DNA of 17,568 nt from Candidatus Methylomirabilota bacterium (GCA_046726415.1 JBKPAK010000094.1:1-17568); one strand, 5' to 3'; shown: positions 7,901 through 16,567, numbered from the stretch's first letter. Notes: a model not told the origin generated them from the letters alone. Translations and numbers: made by a program.

Positions 7901-8749
7901 ATGCCGACCATCACGCCGCTCGAGATACTGCCCATTGACGGTGCGCTGGGCGCCGAGATCCACGGCGTCGATCTGGGGCATGATTTGGACAACGCGACCA
8001 TTGCCGACATCCGCCGCGCGCTGCTCGATCACTGCGTGATCTTCTTCCGCAACCAGTCGCTGGACGTGGCCCAGCACAAGGCCCTGGCCCGGCGCTTCGG
8101 CGACATCTTCATCCACCCCAACTACTACGGCATGCAGCCGGACCCGGAGATCGTGGAGATCCGTCGCGAGCCCGGAGACACGCGCGTGGTCGGTGAGGAG
8201 TGGCACACCGACACCACCATGGTGGCGGAGCCACCGATGGGCGCCATCCTCTATGCGCTCGAGGCCCCGCCCTACGGCGGCGACACGCTGTTCGCGAACC
8301 AGTACCTGGCCTACGAGACACTGTCCGCCGGGATGCAACGCCTCCTGGCCGGCCTGCGCGCGGTGCACAGCGACCGGAAGGTCGCGGGACCGAGGGCCGG
8401 CGCCAACGCAGGGCGGACCACCAAGGCCCGCGACGACGACGCCTGGCGAGAGACCGTGAGCGTTCACCCGGTGGTGCGGACCCACCCGGAGACCGGGCGC
8501 AAACTTTTGTTCGTGAACGCCGCCTACACCGTCTGATGGGAAGGTCTGTCCGAGGTGGAGAGCCGCCCGCTGCTGGACTACCTGCTCGAGCACGGCCACC
8601 GTCCAGAGTTCACCTGCCGGTTCCGCTGGGCCACCGGGTCGGTCGCCTTCTGGGACAACCGCTGCGTCAAGCACCTCGCCGTCAACGACGCGGGCCCGTT
8701 CCGTCGCGTCATGCGGCGGATTCAGATCGCCGGCGACCGTCCCGTGTAG
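7901..8749 (+). pseudogene. TauD/TfdA-family Fe(II)/2-oxoglutarate dioxygenase interrupted by an in-frame TGA at 8534-8536
   Basis: LGAEIHGVDL, VIFFRNQ, WHTD (HxD), GGDTLFAN, HPVVRTHPETGRK before the stop; FWDNRCVKH and RRVMRR after it in the same frame. Read-through gives 282 aa, a normal TauD length. Confidence 0.85.
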
Positions 8750-8794
8750 TCGGTATCGCGGGCGCGGCGCCCCCATGGCCCAGGAGGCCCCCGC

Positions 8795-9586
8795 ATGGCC
8801 GGATCACTCGAAGGCAGGGTTGCCATCATCACCGCCGGCGGCGCCGGCATCGGAGCCGCCACTGCGCGACGCTTCGCTCAGGAGGGGGCCGCGGTCGTCG
8901 TGGCCGACCTGAGCGGCCGACGCGCCGACGAGACCGCCGCCGCGATCACAGCGGGAGGCGGCCGGGCCGCGAGCCTCAAGATGGACGCTGCCGATCCCGA
9001 GGGCGTCCAGGCGGCGATCCGAAAGGCGCTGGACGCGTTCGGCCGTCTGGATATCCTCTTCAACAACGCGGGAATGGCCGAGGCGGCCTCTCTCGACGAC
9101 ATCTCGCTCGAGAGCTGGAACCGCGTGATCGCCGTCACCCTGACCGGCACTTTTCTCGGCATGAAGTACGCGCTGCCGGTCATGCGCCGCCGGGGCCGCG
9201 GCGTCATCATCAACACCGCCTCGATCTCGGGAACGGGTGGCGACTACGGTCTGTCCTCGTACAATGCGGCCAAGGCGGGCGTCATCAACCTGACCCGCGC
9301 AGCGGCCCTGGAGAACGCCCGGCACAACATCCGAGTGAACTGTGTCTGCCCGGGGGCGATCAACACCCGCGCCGCGCAGATTCTCGGCGGCGACCGGGCC
9401 GACGAGGTGCGGCGCGTGCAAGCCGCGGCTCATCCCCTGGGCCGGATCGGCGAGCCCGAGGAGATCGCCAACACCGTGCGGTTCCTCGCTTCCGACGAAG
9501 CCTCGTTCATCACCGGCGCCGCGATCGTGGTCGATGGCGGGCTCACCGCGCATACGGGATTGCCCACGTTCCTGCCCGCGTCCTGA
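8795..9586 (+). CDS. Classical short-chain dehydrogenase/reductase (SDR)
   Basis: TAGGAGIG nucleotide-binding motif, NNAG, YNAAK catalytic motif, CPG, SFITG..VDGG; AGGAGG upstream. Confidence 0.94.
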   Translation: MAGSLEGRVAIITAGGAGIGAATARRFAQEGAAVVVADLSGRRADETAAAITAGGGRAASLKMDAADPEGVQAAIRKALDAFGRLDILFNNAGMAEAASLDDISLESWNRVIAVTLTGTFLGMKYALPVMRRRGRGVIINTASISGTGGDYGLSSYNAAKAGVINLTRAAALENARHNIRVNCVCPGAINTRAAQILGGDRADEVRRVQAAAHPLGRIGEPEEIANTVRFLASDEASFITGAAIVVDGGLTAHTGLPTFLPAS

Positions 9587-9609
9587 GCCCCGCGCTTTCC
9601 CGGTCATTC

Positions 9610-9638
9610 GGCTCTCCCCGCTGGAAGCAGGGAGGGCC
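9610..9638. terminator. Hairpin between convergent SDR and PQQ dehydrogenase genes (possible bidirectional terminator or small REP-like palindrome)
   Basis: GGCTCTCCCCGCT-GGA-AGCAGGGAGGGCC: 13-position stem with one mismatch and one G-T; no clear U tract on either side. Confidence 0.4.
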
Positions 9639-9645
9639 GCCCACC

Positions 9646-11592
9646 TCACGGGAGCGCGAACGCCACCACGTGGTCGCCCATCTTCGTTCCGAGCTTTCCG
9701 TGGCCGCCGGCGGCAATGACGATGAACTGCTTGCCGTTCGGGCCGAGCTGATAGGTCATCGGCGTGGCCTGAGCGCTGGCGGGCAACTCTCCACGCCATA
9801 GCAGCTTTCCCGTCTCCACGTCGAAGGCGCGCAGAGCAGGGTCCATCGCGGCAGCGACGAAGATCAGGCCGCCCGCGGTCGCGATCGGGCCTCCCAGATT
9901 GATCGCGCCCCAGGCGCTGGCCTCGGGGATGCTCGCGAGCTGCGGTACGATGCCGAGCGGCACCTCCCAGCGCACCTCGCCGCGCACGAGATCGACGGCG
10001 GCCAATGTGCCCCAGGGCGGCGGATTGCACGGCAGACCCGAGGGGGACAGAAGGGGTTCCCGGTACATCGCGTACGGCGTCCCCGCCTGCCGGCCGAACT
10101 CGCCCCGCAGTCGATTCGCGATGCCGGCGGCTCGCTCCTGATCGTAGTCCGCGCGGGGGATGAGCTTCACCAGAGTGGCCAGCCGGTTGGTGTTGACGAT
10201 CACCAGCCCGCGCGCCGGGTCATGGGCCATCCCGCCCCAATGCATGCCGCCCGCATTACCCGGAAAGTGGACCGATCCCTCGAGGCTCGGCGGCGTGAAG
10301 ATGCCATCCGAGCGAAGGGCGGCGAGCCGAGCCCGGCAGGCGTCGCGGTCAGCCGGAGTGAGTCCCCAGGCATCTGCCCACATGAGACGCTGGGGCACGA
10401 GCGGCGCGGGCCGGAGGGGAAACGGTTGCGTCGGCGAGGCTAGCTCGCCGGGCACGTGACTGGCGGGTACCGCGCGTTCCTCGACGGGAAAGATGGGCTG
10501 CCCGGTGTCGCGATGGAGCACGAAGAGATGTCCCATCTTGGTGCCGACCACAACCGCCGGGATCTGGAGGCCGTCCCGGGTGACGGTCAAGAGCGTCGGC
10601 TGGGAGGCGACGTCGTAGTCCCAGAGGTCGTGGTGGACGACCTGGAAATGCCACGCGACCTCCCCCGTCGTCGCTCGCAGCGCCACGACGGAGTTCGCGT
10701 AGAGATTGGCGCCGCGGCGCTCGCCGCCGTAGTAGTCCGGGCTCGGACTGCTGGTCGGCACGAACACGAGGCCTCGGCCAGGATCTGCCGAGATTGGCGC
10801 CCACGCATTCGCCGCGCCCGTCCGCTCGGCACTCCCCGCCAGCCAGGTCAGGTTCGCCGGGTCGGAGGCGCGGCGCGGGATCGGGTCCCAGCTCCAACGC
10901 AGGTGTCCGCTCCTCGTGTCGAACGCGCGTACCACGCCTCGCTCGACCTCGACACCGCGATTGTCTCCGATGGATGAGCCGACCACGACCAGCTCGCCGA
11001 GGATGGCGGGGGGCGAAGTGACCTGGTAGTTGCCCCGCTCGGCCAGTCTGACATCTCGCGTGAGGTCGACCTGGCCTCCTTGACCGAAATCCCGGCAGGG
11101 CGCGCCAGAGACCCCGTCGAGCGCGATGAGACGCGCGTCCAGGGTGGCGCTGAAGATGCGCCGCCGGCACGGAGCTCCCAATGTGGCGACCGGGTCGAGC
11201 CACGCAGAAACGCCGCGCGAGGTGACCTCGGAGTACGACCGGGATCGGTCGATCCCGGGATCGTAGACCCATCGCTCCGTGCCCCTCGCCGGGTCGAGCG
11301 CGATGACCCGACTGAACGGCGTGCTGAGATAGAGGGTGTCGTCAACGAGGAGCGGCGTGGCCTCGAACGCCGCCTTGCGCCGCATCGGGCTCTGGTCATT
11401 CGCCTCGCCGGTGCGGTAGGTCCAGGCCACCTGCAGGCGCGTGACGCTCGCGCGGTCGATTTGCGTCAACGGAGCGTAGCGGGTCGCGCCAGCATCGCGG
11501 CCATAGGCCGGCCAGTCCCTTCGGCCGTCTGGCGCGTCGGAGTGGGCCGGCCCACCGGCGAGGAGGGCGAGCGCTATCGACAGGAGCCGCAT
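9646..11592 (-). CDS. PQQ-dependent dehydrogenase, glucose/quinate dehydrogenase (mGDH)-like catalytic domain with a signal peptide; alternative start 11691
   Basis: WPAYGRD...YAPLTQI, FEATP, SRGVS, VHHDLWDYD, PVEER, GGMHWGG, CNPPPWG, GGPIATAGGLIF, ATPMTY, AGGHG. MRLLSIALALLAGGPAHS resembles a Sec signal. ATG 11691 has a GAGGG upstream, so the start is unresolved. Confidence 0.9.
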   Translation of the reverse strand: MRLLSIALALLAGGPAHSDAPDGRRDWPAYGRDAGATRYAPLTQIDRASVTRLQVAWTYRTGEANDQSPMRRKAAFEATPLLVDDTLYLSTPFSRVIALDPARGTERWVYDPGIDRSRSYSEVTSRGVSAWLDPVATLGAPCRRRIFSATLDARLIALDGVSGAPCRDFGQGGQVDLTRDVRLAERGNYQVTSPPAILGELVVVGSSIGDNRGVEVERGVVRAFDTRSGHLRWSWDPIPRRASDPANLTWLAGSAERTGAANAWAPISADPGRGLVFVPTSSPSPDYYGGERRGANLYANSVVALRATTGEVAWHFQVVHHDLWDYDVASQPTLLTVTRDGLQIPAVVVGTKMGHLFVLHRDTGQPIFPVEERAVPASHVPGELASPTQPFPLRPAPLVPQRLMWADAWGLTPADRDACRARLAALRSDGIFTPPSLEGSVHFPGNAGGMHWGGMAHDPARGLVIVNTNRLATLVKLIPRADYDQERAAGIANRLRGEFGRQAGTPYAMYREPLLSPSGLPCNPPPWGTLAAVDLVRGEVRWEVPLGIVPQLASIPEASAWGAINLGGPIATAGGLIFVAAAMDPALRAFDVETGKLLWRGELPASAQATPMTYQLGPNGKQFIVIAAGGHGKLGTKMGDHVVAFALP

Positions 11593-11641
11593 GGCACGGA
11601 GCCGTGAACGCCATGGTCGGCGTCTGGAGCGTGCGCGAAGC

Positions 11642-12493
11642 TCAACGTGTCCCATTGCGCGTCGCCCGACGGCGCTTTCCAGGTGTCTCATGGGGGATCC
11701 CTCGACGGCGTGAAGGTGGCGAGCTGGGGTTCACCCCGCGCTCGTCGCGCCCTTGGGAAGCACGGCGCGCTCCTCGATACTCCAACGCGCTTCTCGGCCG
11801 GACGGGCGCGGAGGTCAGGGCGTCGACAAGGACGTGCACCACGGTCTCTCGGGCAGCGATGTCGCCGATGAGCACTCCGTCCCGATCGCCGTGGCGATGC
11901 ATCGCGAACCAGGCCACGGTCTCGAGGATGAGTCGGGCCACCGCCGCGGGATACGGGGCCGGGCGGAGATCGCCCACGCTCATGCGAGCGGTGAGATACC
12001 GCTCGATCCGATCGAGCAGCCCGCGGCGCTTCTCGAAGTAGAACAGCGTGGCCAGGTCGGGGAGCTCGAGCGCCGATCGCTCGAGCACGACAATGCCCTC
12101 GCGGCGGCGCTCGATGAGCGCGTACAGCTCGCGCACAATCCCCTCCAGCTCCCCGCGAGGGTCGCCCGTCGGCGAGCGGCCCGGCGCCGCCTCCAGCTGG
12201 GGGAGCGCGGTGTCGGCGAGGCGCTCCCGGATGATGGCGAGCGTCGCGCCGGGTGGAGGGGTGGGAAACGGGAGCGACGCGGGAGGCTCAGGCGGTCCGA
12301 GGGAGAACGCGCGATCGATGACGAGGTGGAACAGCCCCTCCTTGCTCTCGACGTAGTTGTAGAGGGTCCCGGGAGAGACCCCCATCTCGCGAGCGACGTC
12401 GGCCATCTGGGTCTGGCGGTAGCCCTTGTCGCCGAAGACCCGCAAGGCGGCGTCCACCATCTGATCGAACCGTTCCCCCAGTTTCCGCCTCAT
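11642..12493 (-). CDS. TetR/AcrR-family transcriptional regulator with a low-complexity C-terminal tail of about 55 aa
   Basis: HTH AALRVFGDKGYRQTQMADVAREMGVSPGTLYNYVESKEGLF; helical domain appears to end near 11815 (VLVDAL). Confidence 0.9.
   Translation of the reverse strand: MRRKLGERFDQMVDAALRVFGDKGYRQTQMADVAREMGVSPGTLYNYVESKEGLFHLVIDRAFSLGPPEPPASLPFPTPPPGATLAIIRERLADTALPQLEAAPGRSPTGDPRGELEGIVRELYALIERRREGIVVLERSALELPDLATLFYFEKRRGLLDRIERYLTARMSVGDLRPAPYPAAVARLILETVAWFAMHRHGDRDGVLIGDIAARETVVHVLVDALTSAPVRPRSALEYRGARRASQGRDERGVNPSSPPSRRRGIPHETPGKRRRATRNGTR
11726..11778 (-). repeat. Degenerate second copy of the hairpin element, inside the TetR tail
   Basis: Minus strand ATCGAGGAGC-N16-GGGCGCGACGAGCG (11778-11739) versus ATCGAGGAGC-N15-GGGCGCGACGAGCG at 75-113; followed by a small GGGGT-GA-ACCCC palindrome (11737-11726). 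Confidence 0.6.
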
Positions 12494-12501
12494 GGTTCAG
12501 C

Positions 12502-12529
12502 ATAATAACTAAATGAATCATTCAGTCAA
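12502..12529 (-). promoter_or_regulatory. tetR promoter with an overlapping palindromic operator (autoregulation)
   Basis: Minus strand TTGACT (12529-12524) - 16 nt - TATTAT (12507-12502); inverted repeat ACT-A-AATGA-A-TCATT-C-AGT at 12508-12526 fills the spacer. Confidence 0.7.
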
Positions 12530-12574
12530 GCTGGGTGCTGGCCACTGGGGCCCGCCGAAGGTCGGTCTTTGGCG

Positions 12575-13912
12575 TTACGAGCCCGGGGCGGGTGGGCCTA
12601 TTCGCGCTTCTCGGCGCAGGAAGCTGACCGGTGCCGGTTGCCCGTCCAGGAGCAGCGTGGCCCGCGCCGGCTCTGTCCGAGCGACCAGACGGCCGCGGGC
12701 AATCACCGCTGTGCGCGCCGCCAAGGTGCGCACGACATCCGCCACCGTGACCGCGTCGAAGACAACCAGGTCGGCGCGCATGCCCTCCATCAACCCATAG
12801 TCGGTCAGGCCCAGGCAGCGCGCCGCGCGCGTGGTCACGAAGTCGAGCATTCCCGCCACCTCGTCGCCGCCCGACATCTGGCCGTAGTGCACCATCACGA
12901 AGCACGCCTGCACGGGATCTCCCACCCCGAGCGGGTACCAGGGATCCATGATCGAGTCGTGTCCGATGGCGACATTCACGCCGGCGCGCAACAACTCCTT
13001 CACCCGCGTGAAGCCACGGCGGATCGGATAGGTGTCGAAGCGCCCCTGCAGCACCGAGTTGTCGAGAGGGTTGGTCACGAAGTGGAGCCCGGCGGCGCAG
13101 GCCAGCCGGATCAGGCGATGGGCGTAGGCGTTGCTGTAGGAGTGCATGGCGGTGGTGTGGCTGGCCGTCACACGACCTTGCAGGCCGAGGCGGATCGTCT
13201 CCGCGGCCAGCACCTCGAGAAAGCGGCTCTGGTCGTCGTCGGTCTCGTCGCAGTGAAGATCAGCGGGGCGCCCGTAACGGGCGGCCAGGGCCAGGGCCGT
13301 CTTGACGTCGCGCTCGCCGTACTCGCGTGTCCACTCGTAGTGCGGGATGCCGCCCACCACGTCGACGCCCCGCTCGAGCGCTTCGATCATGAGGGCCTCC
13401 CCGTTGGGAAACGAGTAGATGCCCTGCTGGGGGAACGCCACGAGCTGGATGTCGATCACCGGGCGCCACGTCGCGCGCACCTCGAGCAGCGCTTGCACGG
13501 CCGTCAGGGACGGGTCGCTCACGTCCACGTGGGCGCGCAGGCGCGTCACCCCGTTGGCCACCAGCCAGCCCAGGGCCCGATCGGCGCGGCGCTTGACGTC
13601 CGCCACGGTCAGGCTCTTGACGCGCTCACCCCAGATCTCGATGCCCTCGAAGAGGGAGCCGCTCTGGTTGGCGCGCGGCTCCCCCTCCGTCAGCACGGCG
13701 TCCAGATGAAGGTGGGGCTCCACCAGAGCCGGCGTCACGAGATTGCCCCTGGCGTCGATCTCGGTTTGACCGCGCTCGGCCAGGCCGGCGCCGATGCGCG
13801 CGATGCGCTCACCGCGCGTGGCGATGTCGACGAGCTCATCGTAGCCGGCCACCCGAGCCTGCCGGACGACGAGATCGATGGATTGCGGCGAGCGCGTCCC
13901 GGCCGCCGTCAC
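12575..13912 (-). CDS. codA: Bacterial cytosine deaminase (CodA family), Ser variant; candidate 5-methylcytosine deaminase; 445 aa
   Basis: GTG 13912 overlaps the binding-protein TGA; EPHLHLD, AFPQ, GGIPHYE, HCDE...QSRF, TASHTTAMHSY, LQGRFDTYP.RRG.TRVKE, GHDSIMDPWYPLG closely follow E. coli CodA as I recall it. Confidence 0.92.
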   Translation of the reverse strand: MTAAGTRSPQSIDLVVRQARVAGYDELVDIATRGERIARIGAGLAERGQTEIDARGNLVTPALVEPHLHLDAVLTEGEPRANQSGSLFEGIEIWGERVKSLTVADVKRRADRALGWLVANGVTRLRAHVDVSDPSLTAVQALLEVRATWRPVIDIQLVAFPQQGIYSFPNGEALMIEALERGVDVVGGIPHYEWTREYGERDVKTALALAARYGRPADLHCDETDDDQSRFLEVLAAETIRLGLQGRVTASHTTAMHSYSNAYAHRLIRLACAAGLHFVTNPLDNSVLQGRFDTYPIRRGFTRVKELLRAGVNVAIGHDSIMDPWYPLGVGDPVQACFVMVHYGQMSGGDEVAGMLDFVTTRAARCLGLTDYGLMEGMRADLVVFDAVTVADVVRTLAARTAVIARGRLVARTEPARATLLLDGQPAPVSFLRREARIGPPAPGS

Positions 13913-14913
13913 TTCTTCTGGGCCAGGTCCCAGATCTCGTGGGTGTAGGCGCCGGCATCGGCAGCCTTCTTGATGACCCCGAACTTGAGGGCGATGTCCG
14001 CCGTTCGCTTGAAGGCCTCCGCGTCCATCTTGCCGAGCGGACTCTTGGGAGTGGGGGGACCCCAGATCAGCTTGTTGATTTCCGCCATCATCCAGGTCTG
14101 GTGCTCGCGCCCGAGCACTGGACTTTCCTTGAGCACGATCTCCACGCACTCGGCGGGTTTGTCCCGGCAGGCTTCCCAGCCCTTGAGCGAGGCGCGGAGG
14201 AAGCGCGCGGCGATCTGCTTGTTCTTCGCGTCTCGGAGCCAGTCGCCCTTGACGAAGATCCCGTCCTCGAGCATCGCGGTGCCTTCCTTGTTGAAATCGA
14301 TGACCACGAGGTCGTCGGGCTTCACCCCGGCGTCCAGCACCTGCTTGTACTCGTTGTAGGTCATGGCCGCCGCGGCGTCGACCTTCTTTTGGAGCAGGAG
14401 GTTCATATCGAACGGCTGCTGCACGAGCGTCACGTCCTTGTTGCGGTCGATCTTGTACTTCTCCAAGGTCGCCAGCAGCTCGAACTCGTTGCCGCCGAAC
14501 CACACCGCGACCTTGCGCCCCTTCAGATCCGCCGGCCCCTTGATGCCGGAGGACTTGAAGGCGATCTCGCGCATGCCGCTATAGGCGAAGACCTGCGCGA
14601 TGTTCACCAGCGGCGCCCCCTGGTCGCGTGCGGAGAGGAGGCTCGGCAGCCAGTCGATACCGAAGTGGGCTCCCCCGCCCGCCACGACCTGCTCGGGGAC
14701 GATGTCGGGGCCGCCGGGGCGAATGGTCACGTCGAGACTCTCCGCGGCATAGAGGCCCTTCGCCTTGGCCGCGTAGTAGCCGGCAAACTGCGCCTGGGTC
14801 ACCCATTTGAGCTGGAGCTGCAGCTTGTCCGCGGCCTGGCTGCCGCTCTGGGCGACCAGGGCGAGGATCATCACGCCGGTCATCGCCAGGCCCAGAAACC
14901 ATCGTCTCCGCAT
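13909..14913 (-). CDS. ABC substrate-binding protein, NMT1/THI5-like (pyrimidine-type)
   Basis: Signal peptide; LQLKWVTQAQFAGYY, PGGPDI, GNE, AMTYNEY, LEDG motifs; AGGAGG at 14926-14921. Confidence 0.92.
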   Translation of the reverse strand: MRRRWFLGLAMTGVMILALVAQSGSQAADKLQLQLKWVTQAQFAGYYAAKAKGLYAAESLDVTIRPGGPDIVPEQVVAGGGAHFGIDWLPSLLSARDQGAPLVNIAQVFAYSGMREIAFKSSGIKGPADLKGRKVAVWFGGNEFELLATLEKYKIDRNKDVTLVQQPFDMNLLLQKKVDAAAAMTYNEYKQVLDAGVKPDDLVVIDFNKEGTAMLEDGIFVKGDWLRDAKNKQIAARFLRASLKGWEACRDKPAECVEIVLKESPVLGREHQTWMMAEINKLIWGPPTPKSPLGKMDAEAFKRTADIALKFGVIKKAADAGAYTHEIWDLAQKK

Positions 14914-14944
14914 GGCTGGTCCTCCTGTTGGTAAGGTGCGAGGC

Positions 14945-15703
14945 CTAGCTGCGATCGACGCGCCACGGCATGGCCAGGCGCTCGACCAGGGCGACCGCGA
15001 AGTAAAAGGCGAGCCCGAGCGCGCAGGCCACCAGGATCGCCGACCAGGCCTGGCGCGTCTGGAACAGGCTCGCCGTGCTCTTGATATACACCCCGAGCGA
15101 TCGGACCGGCCCGCCGAAGAACTCGCTCACGACGGCGCCAATCATGGCGAGGGTGGTGCAAGTCCGCAAGGCGGTGAAGACGAACGGCAGGCTGTGGGGC
15201 AGTCGCAGCTTGGCGAAGACCTGCCATTCGCTGGCCGCGCAGCTCCGCATGAGCTCGAGGGCCTGGGGCGGCACGCTGAGCAAGCCTCGGAGCGTGCTGA
15301 TGAAGGTCGGGAAGAACGTCAGCAGGGTCACGATGGCGATCTTCGATCCCTGCTCCACGCCGAACCACACGATCGCCAGCGGAGCCAGCGCGACGATCGG
15401 CACCGAGGCCGATGCGATGGCATAGGGAAGGACCAAGTCGGCGAAGCCGGGCGACCGGCTCGCCGCCATGGCCGCCAGGATTCCGGCTCCACAGCCCAGA
15501 GCGTAGCCCGCCACCGCCTCAACGAAGGTGTAGAGTCCGGCCTCGAGCAGGAGGGGGTAGTTCTCTCGGAGGTTGAGGAGGATGACGTGTGGCGCAGGCA
15601 GAAGGTAGAACTCGATGGAGAAGGCGAAGACCACGGCCTCCCACAGGACGAGCCCGGCCACCAGGACGGCGCCCGCGGGCAGGTACTGGACAATCCTGGC
15701 CAT
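14945..15703 (-). CDS. NitT/TauT-family ABC permease
   Basis: ATG 15703 with GGAGG; LLPAP, VPIVALAPL..WFG, FFP, EAA-like region ELMRSCAASEWQVFAKLRLPHSLP, GAVVSEF. Confidence 0.92.
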   Translation of the reverse strand: MARIVQYLPAGAVLVAGLVLWEAVVFAFSIEFYLLPAPHVILLNLRENYPLLLEAGLYTFVEAVAGYALGCGAGILAAMAASRSPGFADLVLPYAIASASVPIVALAPLAIVWFGVEQGSKIAIVTLLTFFPTFISTLRGLLSVPPQALELMRSCAASEWQVFAKLRLPHSLPFVFTALRTCTTLAMIGAVVSEFFGGPVRSLGVYIKSTASLFQTRQAWSAILVACALGLAFYFAVALVERLAMPWRVDRS

Positions 15704-15705
15704 GC

Positions 15706-16563
15706 CTACCTCCCGGGTCCAGTCGGGCCGAGGCCGGAATCCTGCCGCAAGCTGTCGCGCACGGTGGTCACCAGATCGAAGAAGCGAGGAAGCGCGCGGG
15801 TCTTGTCGACGCGGGGACGGGGGAGGTCGATCTCCACCATCCGCTCGATGCGCCCGGGTCGTGGGCTCATCACCACCACGCGGCTGGACAGAAACACAGC
15901 CTCGGCGATGCTGTGGGTCACGAACACCACCGTGGCCGATGTTTCGCTCCACACGCGGAGCAGTTCCGAGTTCAGGTGCTCGCGCGTCATCTCGTCGAGA
16001 GCGCCGAACGGTTCGTCCATCAGAAGGATGGACGGGTTGAGGGCAAGGGCGCGGGCGATGGCCACGCGCTGCTGCATCCCGCCGGAGAGCTGCCACGGAT
16101 GGTGGTCGCCGAACGCCTCCAGTCCGACCAGCCGCAAGAGCATTCGCGGTCGTTGCTCGTGCTCGGCCCGTGGGCGCCCGGCCAGCTCGAGCGGCAGCCG
16201 CACGTTCCCCACGACCGTGCGCCACTCGTACAGGACCGGCGTCTGGAAGACAATGCCGTAGTCGCGGTCGAGCCGGGCCTGGCGGGGACGCTTGCCGTTC
16301 ACCGTCACGGTGCCTGCCGACGGCTCCACGAGGTCCCCGACGATGCGGAGGAGCGTGGACTTCCCGCATCCGGATGGGCCGATGATGGACACGAACCCCC
16401 CGCGCTCGACGGCGAGCGAGATGTCGCGCAGCGCTTCGGTCTGGCCAGTTTGCCCCGTGAAGGTCTTGCTCACGCCAGCGATGTCGATGATCGGGGCCGC
16501 CGATGACGCGGGGCGCACCGGTGCAGCCGTCGGCGCCGGACCCGGCGTCGATCGCGCAGCCAT
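15706..16563 (-). CDS. NitT/TauT-family ABC ATP-binding protein
   Basis: Walker A GPSGCGKS, signature LSGGMQQR, Walker B LLMDEPF, VTHS, MSPRPGRI; ATG 16563 just after the upstream permease stop. Confidence 0.95.
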   Translation of the reverse strand: MAARSTPGPAPTAAPVRPASSAAPIIDIAGVSKTFTGQTGQTEALRDISLAVERGGFVSIIGPSGCGKSTLLRIVGDLVEPSAGTVTVNGKRPRQARLDRDYGIVFQTPVLYEWRTVVGNVRLPLELAGRPRAEHEQRPRMLLRLVGLEAFGDHHPWQLSGGMQQRVAIARALALNPSILLMDEPFGALDEMTREHLNSELLRVWSETSATVVFVTHSIAEAVFLSSRVVVMSPRPGRIERMVEIDLPRPRVDKTRALPRFFDLVTTVRDSLRQDSGLGPTGPGR

Positions 16564-16567
16564 GGGC

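Noticed and set aside
8831-8854. SDR cofactor motif TAGGAGIG instead of TGxxxGIG
   Set aside because: Ala at that position is a tolerated variant; all other SDR motifs are intact.
13913-14503. 642-aa version of the deaminase
   Set aside because: The upstream part is an off-frame reading of the binding-protein gene; GTG 13912 gives a CodA-sized protein.
15704-16369. 474-aa version of the second NitT permease
   Set aside because: Overlaps the ATPase out of frame; ATG 15703 has a GGAGG and gives a normal length.
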